From: Cyanophora paradoxa CCMP329
Lineage: Eukaryota; Plantae; Glaucophyta
DNA: 64,000 bases
Assembly (NCBI GenBank): GCA_004431415.1
Contig: QPMI01000415.1
Span: 186,001 to 250,000, forward strand
Direction: 5' to 3'
Shown: in pieces, positions 24,706-37,400 of the stretch
Numbering within the stretch: the stretch's first letter is position 1
Layout: every line of letters begins with the position of its first letter
Notes under the pieces: model-generated
What the model saw: the letters and a program-made list of their open reading frames with translations, nothing else
The model's database searches: none
Told to the model about the DNA's origin: nothing
Made by a program: the position numbers and the translations under genes

Positions 24706-26093
24706 TTAACAATAGCGCTCCAAAAGATTTTCAGAGAAAGCGCGCAACCAACCGCTCGTCCCTATAGGGCGGTGCGATTCCTTTATAACATGTCACTGGT
24801 GCTGCTCAGCGACGGCTTGTCTCCGGCTTGGATCCGGCTTGGATCCGGCTTGGCTTTTCTTCAGTATCCGGCTTAATGGTGTAAGCAAGGCGGCCGCTCG
24901 TTCTTGGGCTAGCTATCAGCGCACTATCAGCGCACTATCAGCGCACTATCAGTGCACTATCAGCACCAATCTTTTGTGTGTCACGTATCTCACCGTTTTC
25001 TCGCCACGTCACAGCGTCACGTCACGGCGTCCGCAAAGTTTTCTCAGGAACTTGACCCTCCGAATTAAAACAAAAGAAAGGTACAGTCATCGACTCTTCT
25101 CCAGAGGCCGCACCAGACCGCTCTGGGGGCCCCTACCGCTTGGGAGGTTGCCCCTGATAGCGCCTAGATAGAGCTCGCCCGCGCTGTGTCTCACGTTCCC
25201 TCCAGACTGTAAACACGCCCAGCTGATCAAATCTTTGTCGCCAGTAGACGTTTCAAATCCTTCATTTCACCCTCCGTCAAGTAATCTTCACAGTTTTCCA
25301 GCAGCCATGAGCAGTATTTCGGATTTACTTTCCAGACGTTTATAAAACGTGAGCCTGAATACTGCCCAAATCTAAATTCTCTTTGAACATTAGGAACCAC
25401 TCGAAGATTTACTGTTCGATTATCAAGCCGGGTGCCATTTAGGTGCAAGACCATCTCGTCTCTGTTCAGCTTGCCCTCAACTCCCAGTGCAAAGTGAGAG
25501 GCCCAGATTCCTTTATTGCTTTTCGCAAACCCTTCTTGAGTCCCTATCCATTTGATGTTCTCGAATTTAGTCTTCATATTTGCATCAATTAACATAACCT
25601 TACCCAATCCATACTTGCCCTCCAGCTGAATCTCTGTGGTGCTCATTTCTGCAGATAGATCTAGGTCACTTTTAATATGTATATTGTGTGGGCGAAACCT
25701 TTAAGGCTAATTGCTAGATAGAGCTCACCCGTTTCCTCATAATTAACTCCCAGCTAGAGCTCAACCTGTTTCCTCAGTTAGCTTCGATGCACACATCAAT
25801 ATCGCCTAGCCTATTCTGCCCCGTTGCTCTGCAGACCGCGCTCAAGGGGGGCCGCGCTCCTCTTCGTCTCTTCTACTTGACAGCACTGTCTTGAATAGAC
25901 GTAAGCTATTGCTAGGCTTTGACCAAGGCAAAGGGTCGGTAGACGTTGCTTGATCGATGTGTAGACGTAACGAGATGGCGGGGTTGAAGGGAGAGTGGGG
26001 TGGACGCTAGGGCTGGTGCAGCGAGAGAGGTGGTGAGGGGATGGGGGTGGCGGAGAGGGGTGGGCCATCTGGGTGGGGGTTCTCTCATTTTTT
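23647..26093 (-). repeat. Right arm of the long inverted repeat (2447 bp)
   Basis: Reverse complement of 17673-20120. Confidence 0.95.
25227..25646 (-). CDS. HNH + ExoX-C-like protein, right-arm copy
   Basis: Same 139-aa sequence as 18121-18540. Confidence 0.72.
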   Translation of the reverse strand: MSTTEIQLEGKYGLGKVMLIDANMKTKFENIKWIGTQEGFAKSNKGIWASHFALGVEGKLNRDEMVLHLNGTRLDNRTVNLRVVPNVQREFRFGQYSGSRFINVWKVNPKYCSWLLENCEDYLTEGEMKDLKRLLATKI

Positions 26094-26993
26094 GTCGTCG
26101 TTCGCTGGGTTCCGGCTCCGGGTCAGATTTCTCGCCGGGCTTACCTTCTAGATCTCCTGGCTCTGCTCCTGGGCCCTCAGCTCCGGGACCGGCTTCCCCG
26201 ATCTCCTCCCGGACTCGTGGTCGTACCCGTCGCCGGCTTGCCGTGCCTGCGTCTCCTTCTACTTCCCTCCGGCGGTTTGCCGGGCCGGACCCTCCGGCCT
26301 TTGTTCTTGATACCGGACCGCCGCCTTTGCCTTCGTCTTCTGCTTCGCTGGTCGTATCCCGCCGGCGCCGGCGTACTTCGTCTTATAGTTTAGTTCGGTC
26401 TAGTTCGGATTCTGATCGTAGTGTTGATGCTAGAGTTAGTTTCAATACTAGCTATAGTCCTCGTGCTCGACCTGTTGTTCGCCGTCGTTTGCAGTTCGAC
26501 TGCCCGCCTCGACCCCGGCCGGCTTTAGTGATTCCTTTGACTGTCCTTTTGCCTGCTCTTGATCCGCCTGCTCCGCCTCCTGTGTCCTCCTCGACCTCGT
26601 GCCGTAGCTCTGCCCTTTCGCGTCGTCCTGCTTCGCCTCCGCCTCCGCGTCGTCTTGTTGTTCCTCTTACTTGTCTGCTTCCTGTTATTTATCTTTCTCA
26701 AATTTGTCCTCCGCTTCTTAGTGATGTCATTCCTTCCGATATTGATGGTATCTCTAGCTCTGGCTCTTCTTCGTGTCAGTCATCCTCTGTCCCTAGATCT
26801 GCTCGATTTCTCGTCTCTTCTCGATCTGTCTCGAGCTCCGTGTCTTTTCTTTTTTATTGTCGATTTTGGCTCTTTGTCTTATCTTTCTTCGTGCTCTTGT
26901 CTTAGTTATTTTGCTTTTTTGTCTTTATGCCCCCTGGGCAGCCCCCGCAGTGCTGGTGTCTAGAGACTGTGGCCGGTAATTTACCAAAAAAAT
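26094..26993 (+). mobile_element. A-poor insertion, possibly a 5'-truncated non-LTR retroelement 3' end; its 5' piece is ~17570-17672
   Basis: Strongly A-depleted plus strand on both sides of the Polinton; reading frame continuous across the empty site (GPLRRR-SLGSG); ends in a T-rich tract, a hairpin ccgcagt...actgtgg, ggtaa-t-ttacc and A7. No RT motif and no clear TSD. Confidence 0.35.
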
Positions 26994-28169
26994 AATATCA
27001 GATCGTTTATATCAGATGCGCAGTTTGTATCAGATCGTGATAATTTCAATATCTTGCCGGAGTTGGCTCTCAAGCTCAAAGAGATTTCGAGCCTCCGAGA
27101 AGTGAACTTGTTCTATCAAAGCAACGGAGATCTAGACGACGTCGACGTCGACCTTGCCACGACATCGTCGGACTTGCGCGCGTTGGCCGAGGCGCTATCC
27201 GGCCTTCCGCGCCTTGAGCGCCTCAATCTACGTTTGTATGGCGAGTAATAACTGCCATGTTATAGATACTTGATCATTCAATTGTAGCTTCGAATTCAGC
27301 TCTGAAAAACTCGCAGGTCCCAGCTGCGAAGACATCATCGCTCTCCTCAAGCTCGAGAGCCCGGGCGTGGGGCGCGCACTTGTGGACTTCCATCTGAATG
27401 TCAGACGGATGCTGCAAGAGGCCGAGGCCGAGGCGATCCTGGCGCTGCCCTCCCTTCAGAAGTTCGGCGTGACTTCTACGCTCGACTATCCCTTCTCCCT
27501 CCGCCCCTTCGAGGTGCACCTGCCGGCGCCCTTGCAGTTAAATATATAGTGGCCCTGGCGGGCGCCGTTCTGCGAGCAAACCGCTCGCCTCTGCATGCGC
27601 CAGATCCTACGCGACGGCCTCCGGCCCAAGATTCAAGTCAGCCTGCGTGTCCAAACCGGCAACCTCGGTGTCGGGTGGGGCGATCCTGCGCACGTCTCAA
27701 GGAGGCGGCACTTCGAGGAGGCGAAAACCGCCATCCGGGACATGTTCAGGCAAAGGCACCGTGAGCATATCTACATTTTGTTATATTATATAACTAAATC
27801 GACGTCGAGCTTCTCTAGATCTAATACCAAAGGAAAATATGAAGGGAGAGGACACCTCTTATCGAATCTAATATTAGTCTTGGTCTACCGCAGGCTGATG
27901 TCCATTGATTGATCATATGCATAATCGTGATTTTGAATGCGATTGGCCCGGCCAGGCGTGCGGGGCAGCGGCCGCGAGGACTTGCTTGCCCCTAACCCCG
28001 CTCCTCAATCTTAAGCTTCTTTGTCACCTTCTGAAAATTTGGCTTCTGTGTCATCACCGTATGCAATTGCGCATGCAGGTCACCACAAGACACGCTAGTT
28101 ATAACAATGCAATTGAGAAGAGCCGCTAGCGAGCTCCAGCTCGCAACATAACATTGCAACTCGGGGCCA

Positions 28170-28810
28170 GCGGAGCGGGCGGGGCGTGTGGCGTGTGTGT
28201 GTGTGGGGGGGGGGGGGGGGGGGTGGAAGTGGTGGTGGTGGTGGTGGAGGTGGGGGAGGGGGGGGGGGGGGGTGGAGGGCATGGGGGAAGGGAGAGTGGG
28301 GGAGGGGAGGGGGGGGGGGGGCGGGCCCGGGGGAAATACTTTAGGACGGCTTATATTGCCGTCGTGAAAAATTGCCGAATTCGCCCAAAACGGAATTGCC
28401 GTGGTAATAAATTGCCGAATCCAAAATTTTTGTTTGTATGGGGCAGAAAATTTTGTTTTGTATGGGGTAGACGGGGGGGGGGGACGAGCGACATTGCCGT
28501 CCCTTAAAATTGCCGAATTCGGCCTCTCGGCAATTTACGGCAAAATAAAACGACGGCTAAAAAAGCCGTCCTACAGTAGGAAGATGGAGGGAGGTGCCGG
28601 CAATGGAGGGGGGAGAGAGGGGGAGGGGGGCTGGAAGGTGGAAAAAGGGTGATGGGGGCCCGGGGAGGGGGGAGGGGGGGGAGAGCCGGGGGAGGGAGGT
28701 ATTGCCGCCTCGGCTCAGAGCTGGGATCCGAAGGCGGCGAGGACGTCGGCGAGCCCCGGGGGCCCCGGGCCGCCCCCGGCCCCGCCCCCTTCCCGATCCC
28801 CCCCGCCCGA
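28170..28810. repeat. Degenerate local duplication of the GT8 gene 3' end (matches ~29195-29430)
   Basis: gcgggcggggcgtgtggcgtgtgtgtgtgtggg and cgcctcggctcagagctgggatccgaaggcggcgaggacgtcggcgagcccc... each occur twice, in the same order. Confidence 0.75.
28339..28576. mobile_element. MITE, 238 bp, with TA target duplication
   Basis: TA|ctttaggacggcttatattgccgtcg ... cgacggctaaaaaagccgtcctacag|TA; repeated internal (a)attgccg motifs; AT-rich island in G-rich DNA and absent from the paralogous copy at ~29.2-29.4 kb. Confidence 0.75.
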
Positions 28811-29341
28811 CCCGCCCCCCCCCGCCCCAGTGCCGACTCAGGCAGCAGCAGAACTAGGGGGATCCGGCCCGGCGGATCGATCGACTCGTTCTATCATGAT
28901 CAGTGCTTTTTGCAGGGAACCGGATCGATTGACTCGGCGAACCGGCCGGCGCCGGGCCAACCCTACGTGAGGCTACATCATGCATTTCACCGTTGGACAC
29001 TCGCCCAGGATCCGGACGGGCCAGGGCCCAGCTGCAGGACTCGGGCCAGGAGTCGCCCCTACCGTACGTCTCAGGCTACGTGCACGTGCACGTGCACTCA
29101 ATGAGTCCGCGCATCATGAGTTGCCGCGCTGCGCGATTTTTCGGGGGGTGACGGGGGGTGGCAGGGGCCGGGGCCGGGGCTCCGACGGGGGGGCAGCGGG
29201 GCGGGCGGGGCGTGTGGCGTGTGTGTGTGTGGGAAGGGGGGGTGGCGGTGGGGGGGGAGTGGTGGTGGAAGCGAGGGGGGGGGGGGGGGGGACATGGGGG
29301 GCGGGTCCGGGAGCAAGGGGGTCGCTGGCGCCCGCCTCGGC

Positions 29342-31191
29342 TCAGAGCTGGGATCCGAAGGCGGCGAGGACGTCGGCGAGCCCCGGGGGCCCCGGGCCGC
29401 CCCCGGCCCCGCCCCCTACCCCCCCGCCCGACCTGCCCCCAGCTCCTCGGCCCTCGTCCCCGCCCTTCTCCTCGAGCTCCGAGCGCATCTCGGCCTCGAG
29501 GCGCGTCCAGTGGCTCTGCGCAGAGGCGTCGGTGGCGTTCAGCGGGCTCGCGGGCGAGGGCGAGGGCCCCATCTATATCTAGACTAAAGCACCGGGCCGG
29601 GGGGGCGGGCGGGCACCTGGTACTTGAGGATAGAGGGGTCGGTGTTGTGCGTCGGCTCCCACGGCTTGAAGAGCGCGTAGTGCACGATCTTGACCTGGGG
29701 CAGGGTTGGGTGAGCCCAGAGCCAACAGATCAAGTCGACAGGATCTTGGATCTAGAATCGAGAGCAGAGCAGTACGTGTTTGGCGTACCTTGTCGGGGTG
29801 GTCGAGCCAGGAGCGGGTACCCGCCCACCACGGGATCGTCGCGAGCGGCATGAAGTTGTAGAAGAACGGCTGTACCCGGGGGGGAGGGGGGAGGTAAGAC
29901 GTGGGAGGGGGAGTGGACGGGGGAGGGGGGTACGGACGCACGAGGACCGTGAAGTTCGTGTTGTAGTAGCGGTTGAGGAGGGCCTGCTCCAGCGGGCCGA
30001 TGAACCTGTACCCCGGCAAGTGAGGTGGGGGAGGGTACAGCTGAGCCGCAAGCAAGCGAAGCGTACGTCTTGGCGGGCTCGGCGCAGGCCTGCATGGGGC
30101 GGCCGCGGGGGCGTGAGCGGGAGGGAGGTTGTCAACAACGACTATCAAAGGCGGGCGGGGGGTACGCGCCTGCGTGCCGAGGAAGCAGGGGGCCGTGTCC
30201 GCGTACTCCAACTCGCCCGCCCAGGGCTCTCCCACGCTCCTCTGCGGGGCAGGGGGGGGAAAGGAGTCAGGGGGGGAGGGAAGGGGGGTACGGAGCTCGC
30301 CATGAGGGCGTCGAAGTCGGCCTTGTCGGGGCGGAGGACCAGTACCCCTCCGTTCACCGTTACCCCCAGGACGGTCACCTGCCACAAGCCCGTGTCGCTG
30401 GCGGGGGCTCAGCGACTCGGCTCGGGGGTAGCGCATTCGCGACGGAGGGGGTACGCGCGCACTAGACGCCGCAGGGGGCCGGGCAGCCGAAAAGCTCGTC
30501 GACGTTCGCAAGCACGGCCGCGTCCGCGTCTATGTACACGATCCTGCCAGGGGGTACGCCGCGTAAGGGGGGTACCGGGGCAAGAGAGCGGGGGTACGCA
30601 CTTCTTGTACTCGTAGAGCTGCAGTATGCGCAGTTTCGTGTACACGGCGATGGCCTGGGCGGGCGAAGCGGGGCGGGCAATTGGGTTGGGCGGGGGCGGG
30701 GGCGGGGGCGGAGCCCGCGGGGGGCGCGGCACCTGCTGCGCGCCGAACGGGGAGTGCGCTTCCGCGGCCGATATAGGCTGGACCTGCGCCGCGGGTGGCC
30801 CTCGCTCAGCTCAGCGTGCGTGCCCGGGGCGAGATTTGATCCGGGCGCGGGGGCGTCGGCGGGCCTCCACGACGCGGTCGAAGACGCGGGCGAGGCCGGC
30901 GCGGTCCTTGACTTCGGCCGTGATCAGGCAGACCGTTTCGCGCGTCGCGTTCGCCTGCGCGACGCCGTCGCGTGATCGTGAGCCGCGGGGCGGGCGCGGC
31001 GGCGGGACGGGCCGGCGCCGGGCCGGGCGGGGAGCACCCGCAGGAGCGAGTAGCCGAGGACCATCGCCGTGGGCACGTACTTCTCGTTCGCCGCGATCGT
31101 GACGAACCTGCGCGCTCGTATTCAACGCCCGGCGGGGGCGGCTCGAGGCGGAGTGGGCCGCGTACGCCTCATCTGCGGCCGCGTGAGACAC
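29342..31191 (-). CDS. Glycosyltransferase family 8 (glycogenin-like), multi-exon
   Basis: FVTIAANEKYVPTAMVLGYSL, YTKLRILQLYEYKK, IVYIDAD (DxD), NVDELF, NGGVLVLRP, EQALLNRYY, YNF, KIVHYALFKPW. Confidence 0.85.
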
Positions 31192-31599
31192 ATGCGCTGG
31201 GCTCGACGGGACTGAGCGAGCGAACCCCTTCGAACGTAGGAGGCCCGCGATGCACGGTTCGCGAGGGCGGCCTGCGCCCGAACCGATCAGCGCTCGAACG
31301 CGCTAAGCGGGGAGCGGGATCACCGGCATCGGGCCCGCCGCCGCTTCCGCGCAGAGAAGCAGGAGCGCGAAGCATGCAGCTAGCCAGCCCGCGCTGGTCC
31401 GCGGACCCAGCTGCATTTGCATCGCGGCCGAGCGGCCGCCGGGCCGCAGGCCAACGAAGCGGGCCGAGCGCGCCTGACTTGGTGTTCAGTGTGCCAGAGA
31501 GCGGTCGGGCTTCTTCCTGGAAACAGCGGTGGTCACCGGATGCTCCTCGACCCCGGTACAGCAAAACTTCGCCGAACCAGCCAGGTGCCCCGATCGAGG

Positions 31600-32708
31600 A
31601 TGCTCGCCTCTCAGGTGCACTGGCAGCCTCTCCTCTCTATCGCGCGCTCGCGCGAGCCGCCGCCTCCGCTCGACCGCAGATCTATTTGTTTGCGCTCGGC
31701 TCTGCGGGTGTCCTTGTTGCCCTGCACGCCTACTGGAGCGACAGCAGTACTCAGCTCTGTGCGTACGTGTTCCGCGCGCCGGGCTTGCCGAGCGGACCCG
31801 CTTCTCCTGTTTAACGCCGCCCGTCACCTTTTGCAACAGCACCTATGGACGCCCTCTTTGCGCTCTGTGCGCTTCTTCTCCTCACCTCCCGCGCTCCGCC
31901 GCGCGCCCCAAACAGCCCGCGCATGCCTTCTCTGACGGCGCGCACGCACGTCAATGCGCTATCCAGCATCTCCTCCGGTGCCCCGATCCGCGCTGCCTGC
32001 GCCGGCGTGTGACGCGGCTGATCGAAGGGCCGGCAGAGCGCCCAACGGCGGCGCCTCGCGACCCGGGTCCTGATGGATAGCGCGCTGCACTTGGCTGGCG
32101 CCTACGGCTTCAAGAGAGCATTCGACAAGCGCTTCACGGCGATCTGGGCGCGCAGCGCTTGCGCCGCGGGCGGTCGGCCCGCACCCTCGCCCTCGGCCTC
32201 ACGGCCCTGCAGATCTACCTCGTGGCCTCCTCGGCCGCGAAGCTGTTCGCCGAGATCCTGGAGGTGGCGTTCTTCCGCTCGAAGCCCACCCCGAGCCTCG
32301 AGATTCTCGTGCCGGGTCCGCCTCGCCGGCCCCGTTCATTCCTTGCCTGCCACGCTCACCGCGCCCCTTCGCCCTCGCATGCGCAGCCGCAACGATCTAT
32401 TTCCTGACCGCTGGCCTCAACATTCACGTCTACGGCGAGAAGCGGGCCGACGCGGAGCTCGTAAGGCCGACGCCGGCCGGCCCTCAGGACGTCGGCGCGC
32501 AGCCGCCGGCTTCCACGCTAAAGAAGTGGACCCAGCTCGCCGCCGGCGCCCCGGAGAGCAAGGTCACTACCGGAAAGGAGGAGTAGATTTAGCCCAAGAG
32601 CGACCGTTAGAAAGAATCAGCAGTGTTTGCGCTGCCTGTAAATACGCGCGATGTCCCGTTGCGAGGAGTGTCCGGTGCCCAGGAAAGATAAGAAAAGAAC
32701 CATTCTGA
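31600..32708 (+). CDS. Small hypothetical membrane protein, multi-exon
   Basis: Hydrophobic exon-like segments IYLFALGSAGVLVALHAYW and IYLVASSAAKLFAEILEVAFF bounded by AG/GT; no family recognised. Confidence 0.3.
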
Positions 32709-32804
32709 TTCCATCAGAGCGGCTCCCGGGGAAGGGGTGCGGGTAAAGTACAGGAAGGGGCGGGAAGAGAGCGGAGAGGAGAAGGAGAAGTCCGCCATCG
32801 GGGG

Positions 32805-33784
<980 letters not shown>

Positions 33785-34431
33785 CTCGTCGCCCTAAACT
33801 TTTCGTGTGCTTCCTCAGAAAGAAGAGAACCTTCCGCCGGGGTATGCGTGTGTGCAGGACGGGTACAGCGAGGCAGATGAGATGGTCACTTGCGTATCGA
33901 GTTCGTCGATGACGTTGAAACGAGCGCCGGGGATGCGACCGGCCCCGCGACCGCCTGCAGCTGCGAGAGTTGCGCGAGTCCGCCGCCTGGCCCGGCGCCC
34001 ACGGCCAGCTGCAGCCGCGGCGCGGCCGGCCGCGGCCGGCGGGCCTGGTCAACGCGGGCGCCGCATGCAAAGGCGCCGGCCTGGTCGTCGCTTCCAGCTG
34101 CAGCTGCAGGCGGATCGCGGAAGCTGTGCATATGCATGCTGCTGCAGCGCGGGCAGGCGGCCGCGGCGCAGCGAGCGCTAGCAATAGCGCTAGCGTTACC
34201 CTGTGCCGCTGTGCGTATACGCGCGGACGTCGACCGGGCCTAGGGGCCGCGGCCGCGGCGCCGGCTCCGACTTCATGAGCGCGGCAGCCTGCAGCCAGCG
34301 CTAGCGCTACCAAGGCCAGCCGGCTCCTTCGCCTCTCCCCTCCTGGCATACAGCCAACTGCAACTGCGACGATTGACGACAATCCCACGGCGACATGTAC
34401 ATGCACGGGACCCGGCCGGCGCCGGGCGGCC

Positions 34432-37400
34432 TCAGAGGGTGCCGGTCTTGCGCATGAGGAGGAGGAAGTGGAGGAGGCGGGAGACGGGGAGCTCCCGCTG
34501 CCGCGCCAGCGACATCCGCCCCATCAGGTCCCGCACCTGCGTTAGATAGATAGACAGTTGGACGGGGAGCCAAGCCAGGCTGGGCGGGGGGCGCACGAGG
34601 GCGGGGTCGAGGCGGGGGAAGGCGTCGGCGAGGAGGGCGACGGCGGCCTCGGTGGGGACGAGGTCGCGGTGGCGGCGCGTCACGAGGAGGCGGCAGTGCA
34701 GGAAGAACGAGAGCTCCTCCGCCGGCGCGTGCAGCAGCTGCGCGGGAGGGAGGTCAGCGCGTGAGCCGCTGGGACGAAGCGCGAGGCTTGAGATCTAGTC
34801 TCAGGACGTCGAGGGAATTGGATCTACATCTATTACGACCTAGATCTAATTTTGTCTAGATCTAGAATGCGGAGCAAACGGGCGAGCGGGTCGCCCGCTC
34901 GCCTGGCTCGCCTGGAGGCTAGAAAGCTAGATCTAGATCATTTTGCGAGATCTAGAAAGCTAGAGCTAGATCATTTTCATCTAGAAAGCTAGATCTGGAT
35001 CATTGGATCTTTAAGGGCCGCCGGCTCGCTCGCCTGGAGGAAGAGGGCGGCGTCGAGGGAGTGGGCGCGGAGCTGCTCGGCGGTGGCCACGATACCGGCC
35101 GCCGCCTCCCCCGCGAGGCGCGGGAGGCCGTAGCGGTGGCCCAGCCAGAAGCGCAGCTCCCGCTCCAGCCCGTGCGCCGTCGGCGCCCGCAGCTGCGCAC
35201 GGGAATCAAGCGGAAATGTGCGAGGAATGTAAGGACAGCGGCGGGCCTGCAGGTCGTCGTAGAGGGCAGCGATTGTGGAGAGGAACTGGTGCGTCATCGG
35301 AACCGGCGCCGGCGGGGCCGGGGCCAACAGGGCGGAAGGGGGCTGGTCCGCCGCGGCGGCGGCGGGGGTTGTGCCCTCCGCTGCCGCGGGCGTCGGGGAG
35401 CGCGCCGGGGGCCCTGCTCAAAGCTTAGAACAGAGGGGCAAAGGGGCGAAGAGAGAAGGCGGACCGCCGACGAGGTCCGATGTGGACTCGCGAGCGAGGG
35501 TCGGGCCCCCCGAGGCGGCCGACGCGGGGCGCGAGGGCGGGCGCGAGGAGGCCGCCGAGGCGGGGCGCTGCGACGGAGGAGGAGCGGCTGCGGGGGCGAC
35601 GCCAGGCGGCCCCGGCGGGGCGGAGGGGTCGCGGGCGGCGGCGGGGGCGTCGAGCCAGTGGCAGAGGCGGGCGACTCGGTCCTGCAGGGAGAGGATCTGC
35701 AGCTCCAGCAGCCGCGCCAGGTTCCCTGCGAACGAAGCGATAGTAAGAGATTTGATCTGAGCTGGGCTGAGTAAGAGAGAACGAAGGAAAGGCGTACCCT
35801 GGGCGACGTCGAGCATGCGCTGGCGGGAGACGACGCGGCCCTTGAGCTGCGTCGAGGCCTCCAGGCGCCCCACCTGAGAACGAAGTTAACGAGGGGGGGG
35901 GATGGGAGAGGTGGGGGGGAAGAAGCGCGCCATGAGCTCGGTCTGGTTGAGGAGGCCCAGGAGGTCCGCCACGTGCTCGGGCCGCTCCGGTGGGGGCGCC
36001 AGCGCCGGCCCCGGCGCCGGCGGGTCCGCCGCCCACTCCTCCTCTTGCGTGGAGGCGGGGGGAGGGGCCGAGCGGGCGGAGCCGGCGGCGGGGGCGGCGG
36101 AGGCCGGAGCGGGGTACGGGAGCGGGGCGAAGGGGGTCGGGGCGGGGGGCGCGGCCACGGCGCGGACGGGGGAGGGGAGCGGCGCGGCGGCCTCCGGGGT
36201 AGGGGGCCGGGCAGAGCTGGGGCCGGCAGAGGGAGGGCGGGCTGAGCCGGCCGAAGGGGGGCGCGCAGAGCTCGCGTCGACCGAGGTCTGCGGGGCGGGG
36301 CGGGGCGGTCAGGCTCAGACTCGGATGAGAATCAGGGGAACAGCGAAAGCAGCGCACCCGGGGGGAAGGGGTGCGCCGTGAAGTGGCCGTGGCGGGCCGC
36401 TCAGAAGCCGCGGCGGCCGCGGCCGAGGCGGGCGGGGCGGCGACCCCCGCCCCCAGCCGCAGGGGCGGCGCGGATGCGGCGGAGGCAGCGGCGGCCGAGG
36501 CGGACGGGCCCGGAGGGGCAGCGGAGGCGGAGAGGGCGGAGCGGGAGGCGGAGGGGGCGAAGGAGACGGGGGCGGCGGGAGGAGGGCGCCGGGATACGAG
36601 GGGCGAGGGGGCGGCGGTGGAGGAGGCGGCGGCAGCGGCGGCGGGCGCCTGCGCCGGGGCGAGCGGGGGCAGGGAGAGGGGTGCCGAGGGGCCGGGGGCG
36701 GGCGTGGGGGCGGAGGGCGAGTGGCGGAGGCGGAGGCGGGGCGGGAGGCGGAGCGGGGTACGGCGCGGGGCTCGGGTCCGGCGTCGTTGCCGGGCCAGGG
36801 CCCCAGGGGCCCGGCGGAGGCGGAGGCGGCAGCGGCCTCCAGACGCGCGGCGGCGGCCTCGGCGGCGGCCAGCATCGCCTCCGGGCTCCCCGCGGGCGCG
36901 TCCGCAAGGCTCCGACGGGACGGCCGCGCGGCCGGCGCAGGGGCGGGCGCGGCGGCTTCCGGGAGGGGCGGGTGGTGCTGGGCGGAGACGGAGGGGGCGC
37001 GGGAGGAGGAGCGGCGGAGCGGGGACGAGGGCGCCGAGGGGGGCCGCGTCGGGCTCGGCGAGACCGACGGCGAGACCGAGGGCGAGCGGCCCAGCGACGC
37101 CTGCGCCGAAAGCTAAGGGACGGGGGGGGAGAAGGAGGGGGGTACGCACGCGGAGCTCGGAGGCGGAGGGCTTGCGGGAGAGGCGGACGGGGGCGGACTG
37201 GGAGCTCTGAGAGACGGAGCCCCGGCGCGCCAGTGCGGGCCGGTCCCCGGGCTCGGGGCTCCTCCCCGCCTCCTCCCGCGCCTACCGTAAATGAGAAAGG
37301 GGGGGGGGGTGAGAGAAGGGGGTACGGGGGGTACCTGGACGTCGGCCTCGTGCTCGAGGGCGGAGATGCGCGAGGAGCGGCGGCTCGCCCGCTCGCGCTC

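Larger units (their letters stand above)
17673..26093 (-). mobile_element. Polinton/Maverick- or PLV-type element without capsid, packaging ATPase or maturation-protease genes; ~2.45-kb inverted arms
   Basis: Intronless and visibly less GC-rich than the host genes; encodes pPolB, an rve-type integrase and an HNH ORF. Termini AAAAAATGAGAGAA...TTCTCTCATTTTTT with 6-bp TSD GTCGTC (17667-17672 / 26094-26099); alternative reading is 17672-26094 with 7-bp TSD TCGTCGT. Confidence 0.9.
14119..27912 (+). pseudogene. F-box/LRR-like gene interrupted by a CACTA element (exon) and by a LINE-like fragment plus Polinton-like element (intron)
   Basis: F-box-like DELMSEFFKALGLEESWPLRSVCR|RWRQLI across the intron at ~14518-14708; LRR-like LSPFSNLKSIVL, LACPQLRFVSL, LAQLPRLEELLV, ISSLREVNL, LSGLPRLERLNLRL, ILALPSLQKF. 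Removing 14894-16413 restores the frame QKLRL-KPGSSVH. The intron opened at ~17546 closes at ~27022. Gene ends approximate. Confidence 0.7.

Noticed and set aside
17673-26093. Missed-adapter palindromic-read artefact as the whole explanation
   Set aside because: The flanks differ, carry a TSD and rejoin into one continuous sequence and reading frame, and a 3.5-kb unique core separates the arms. Disfavoured, but not excluded without reads.
26000-26905. 301-aa ORF as a bona fide host gene
   Set aside because: It starts inside the Polinton arm, and its length is largely explained by A depletion (few possible stop codons); no recognisable domain.
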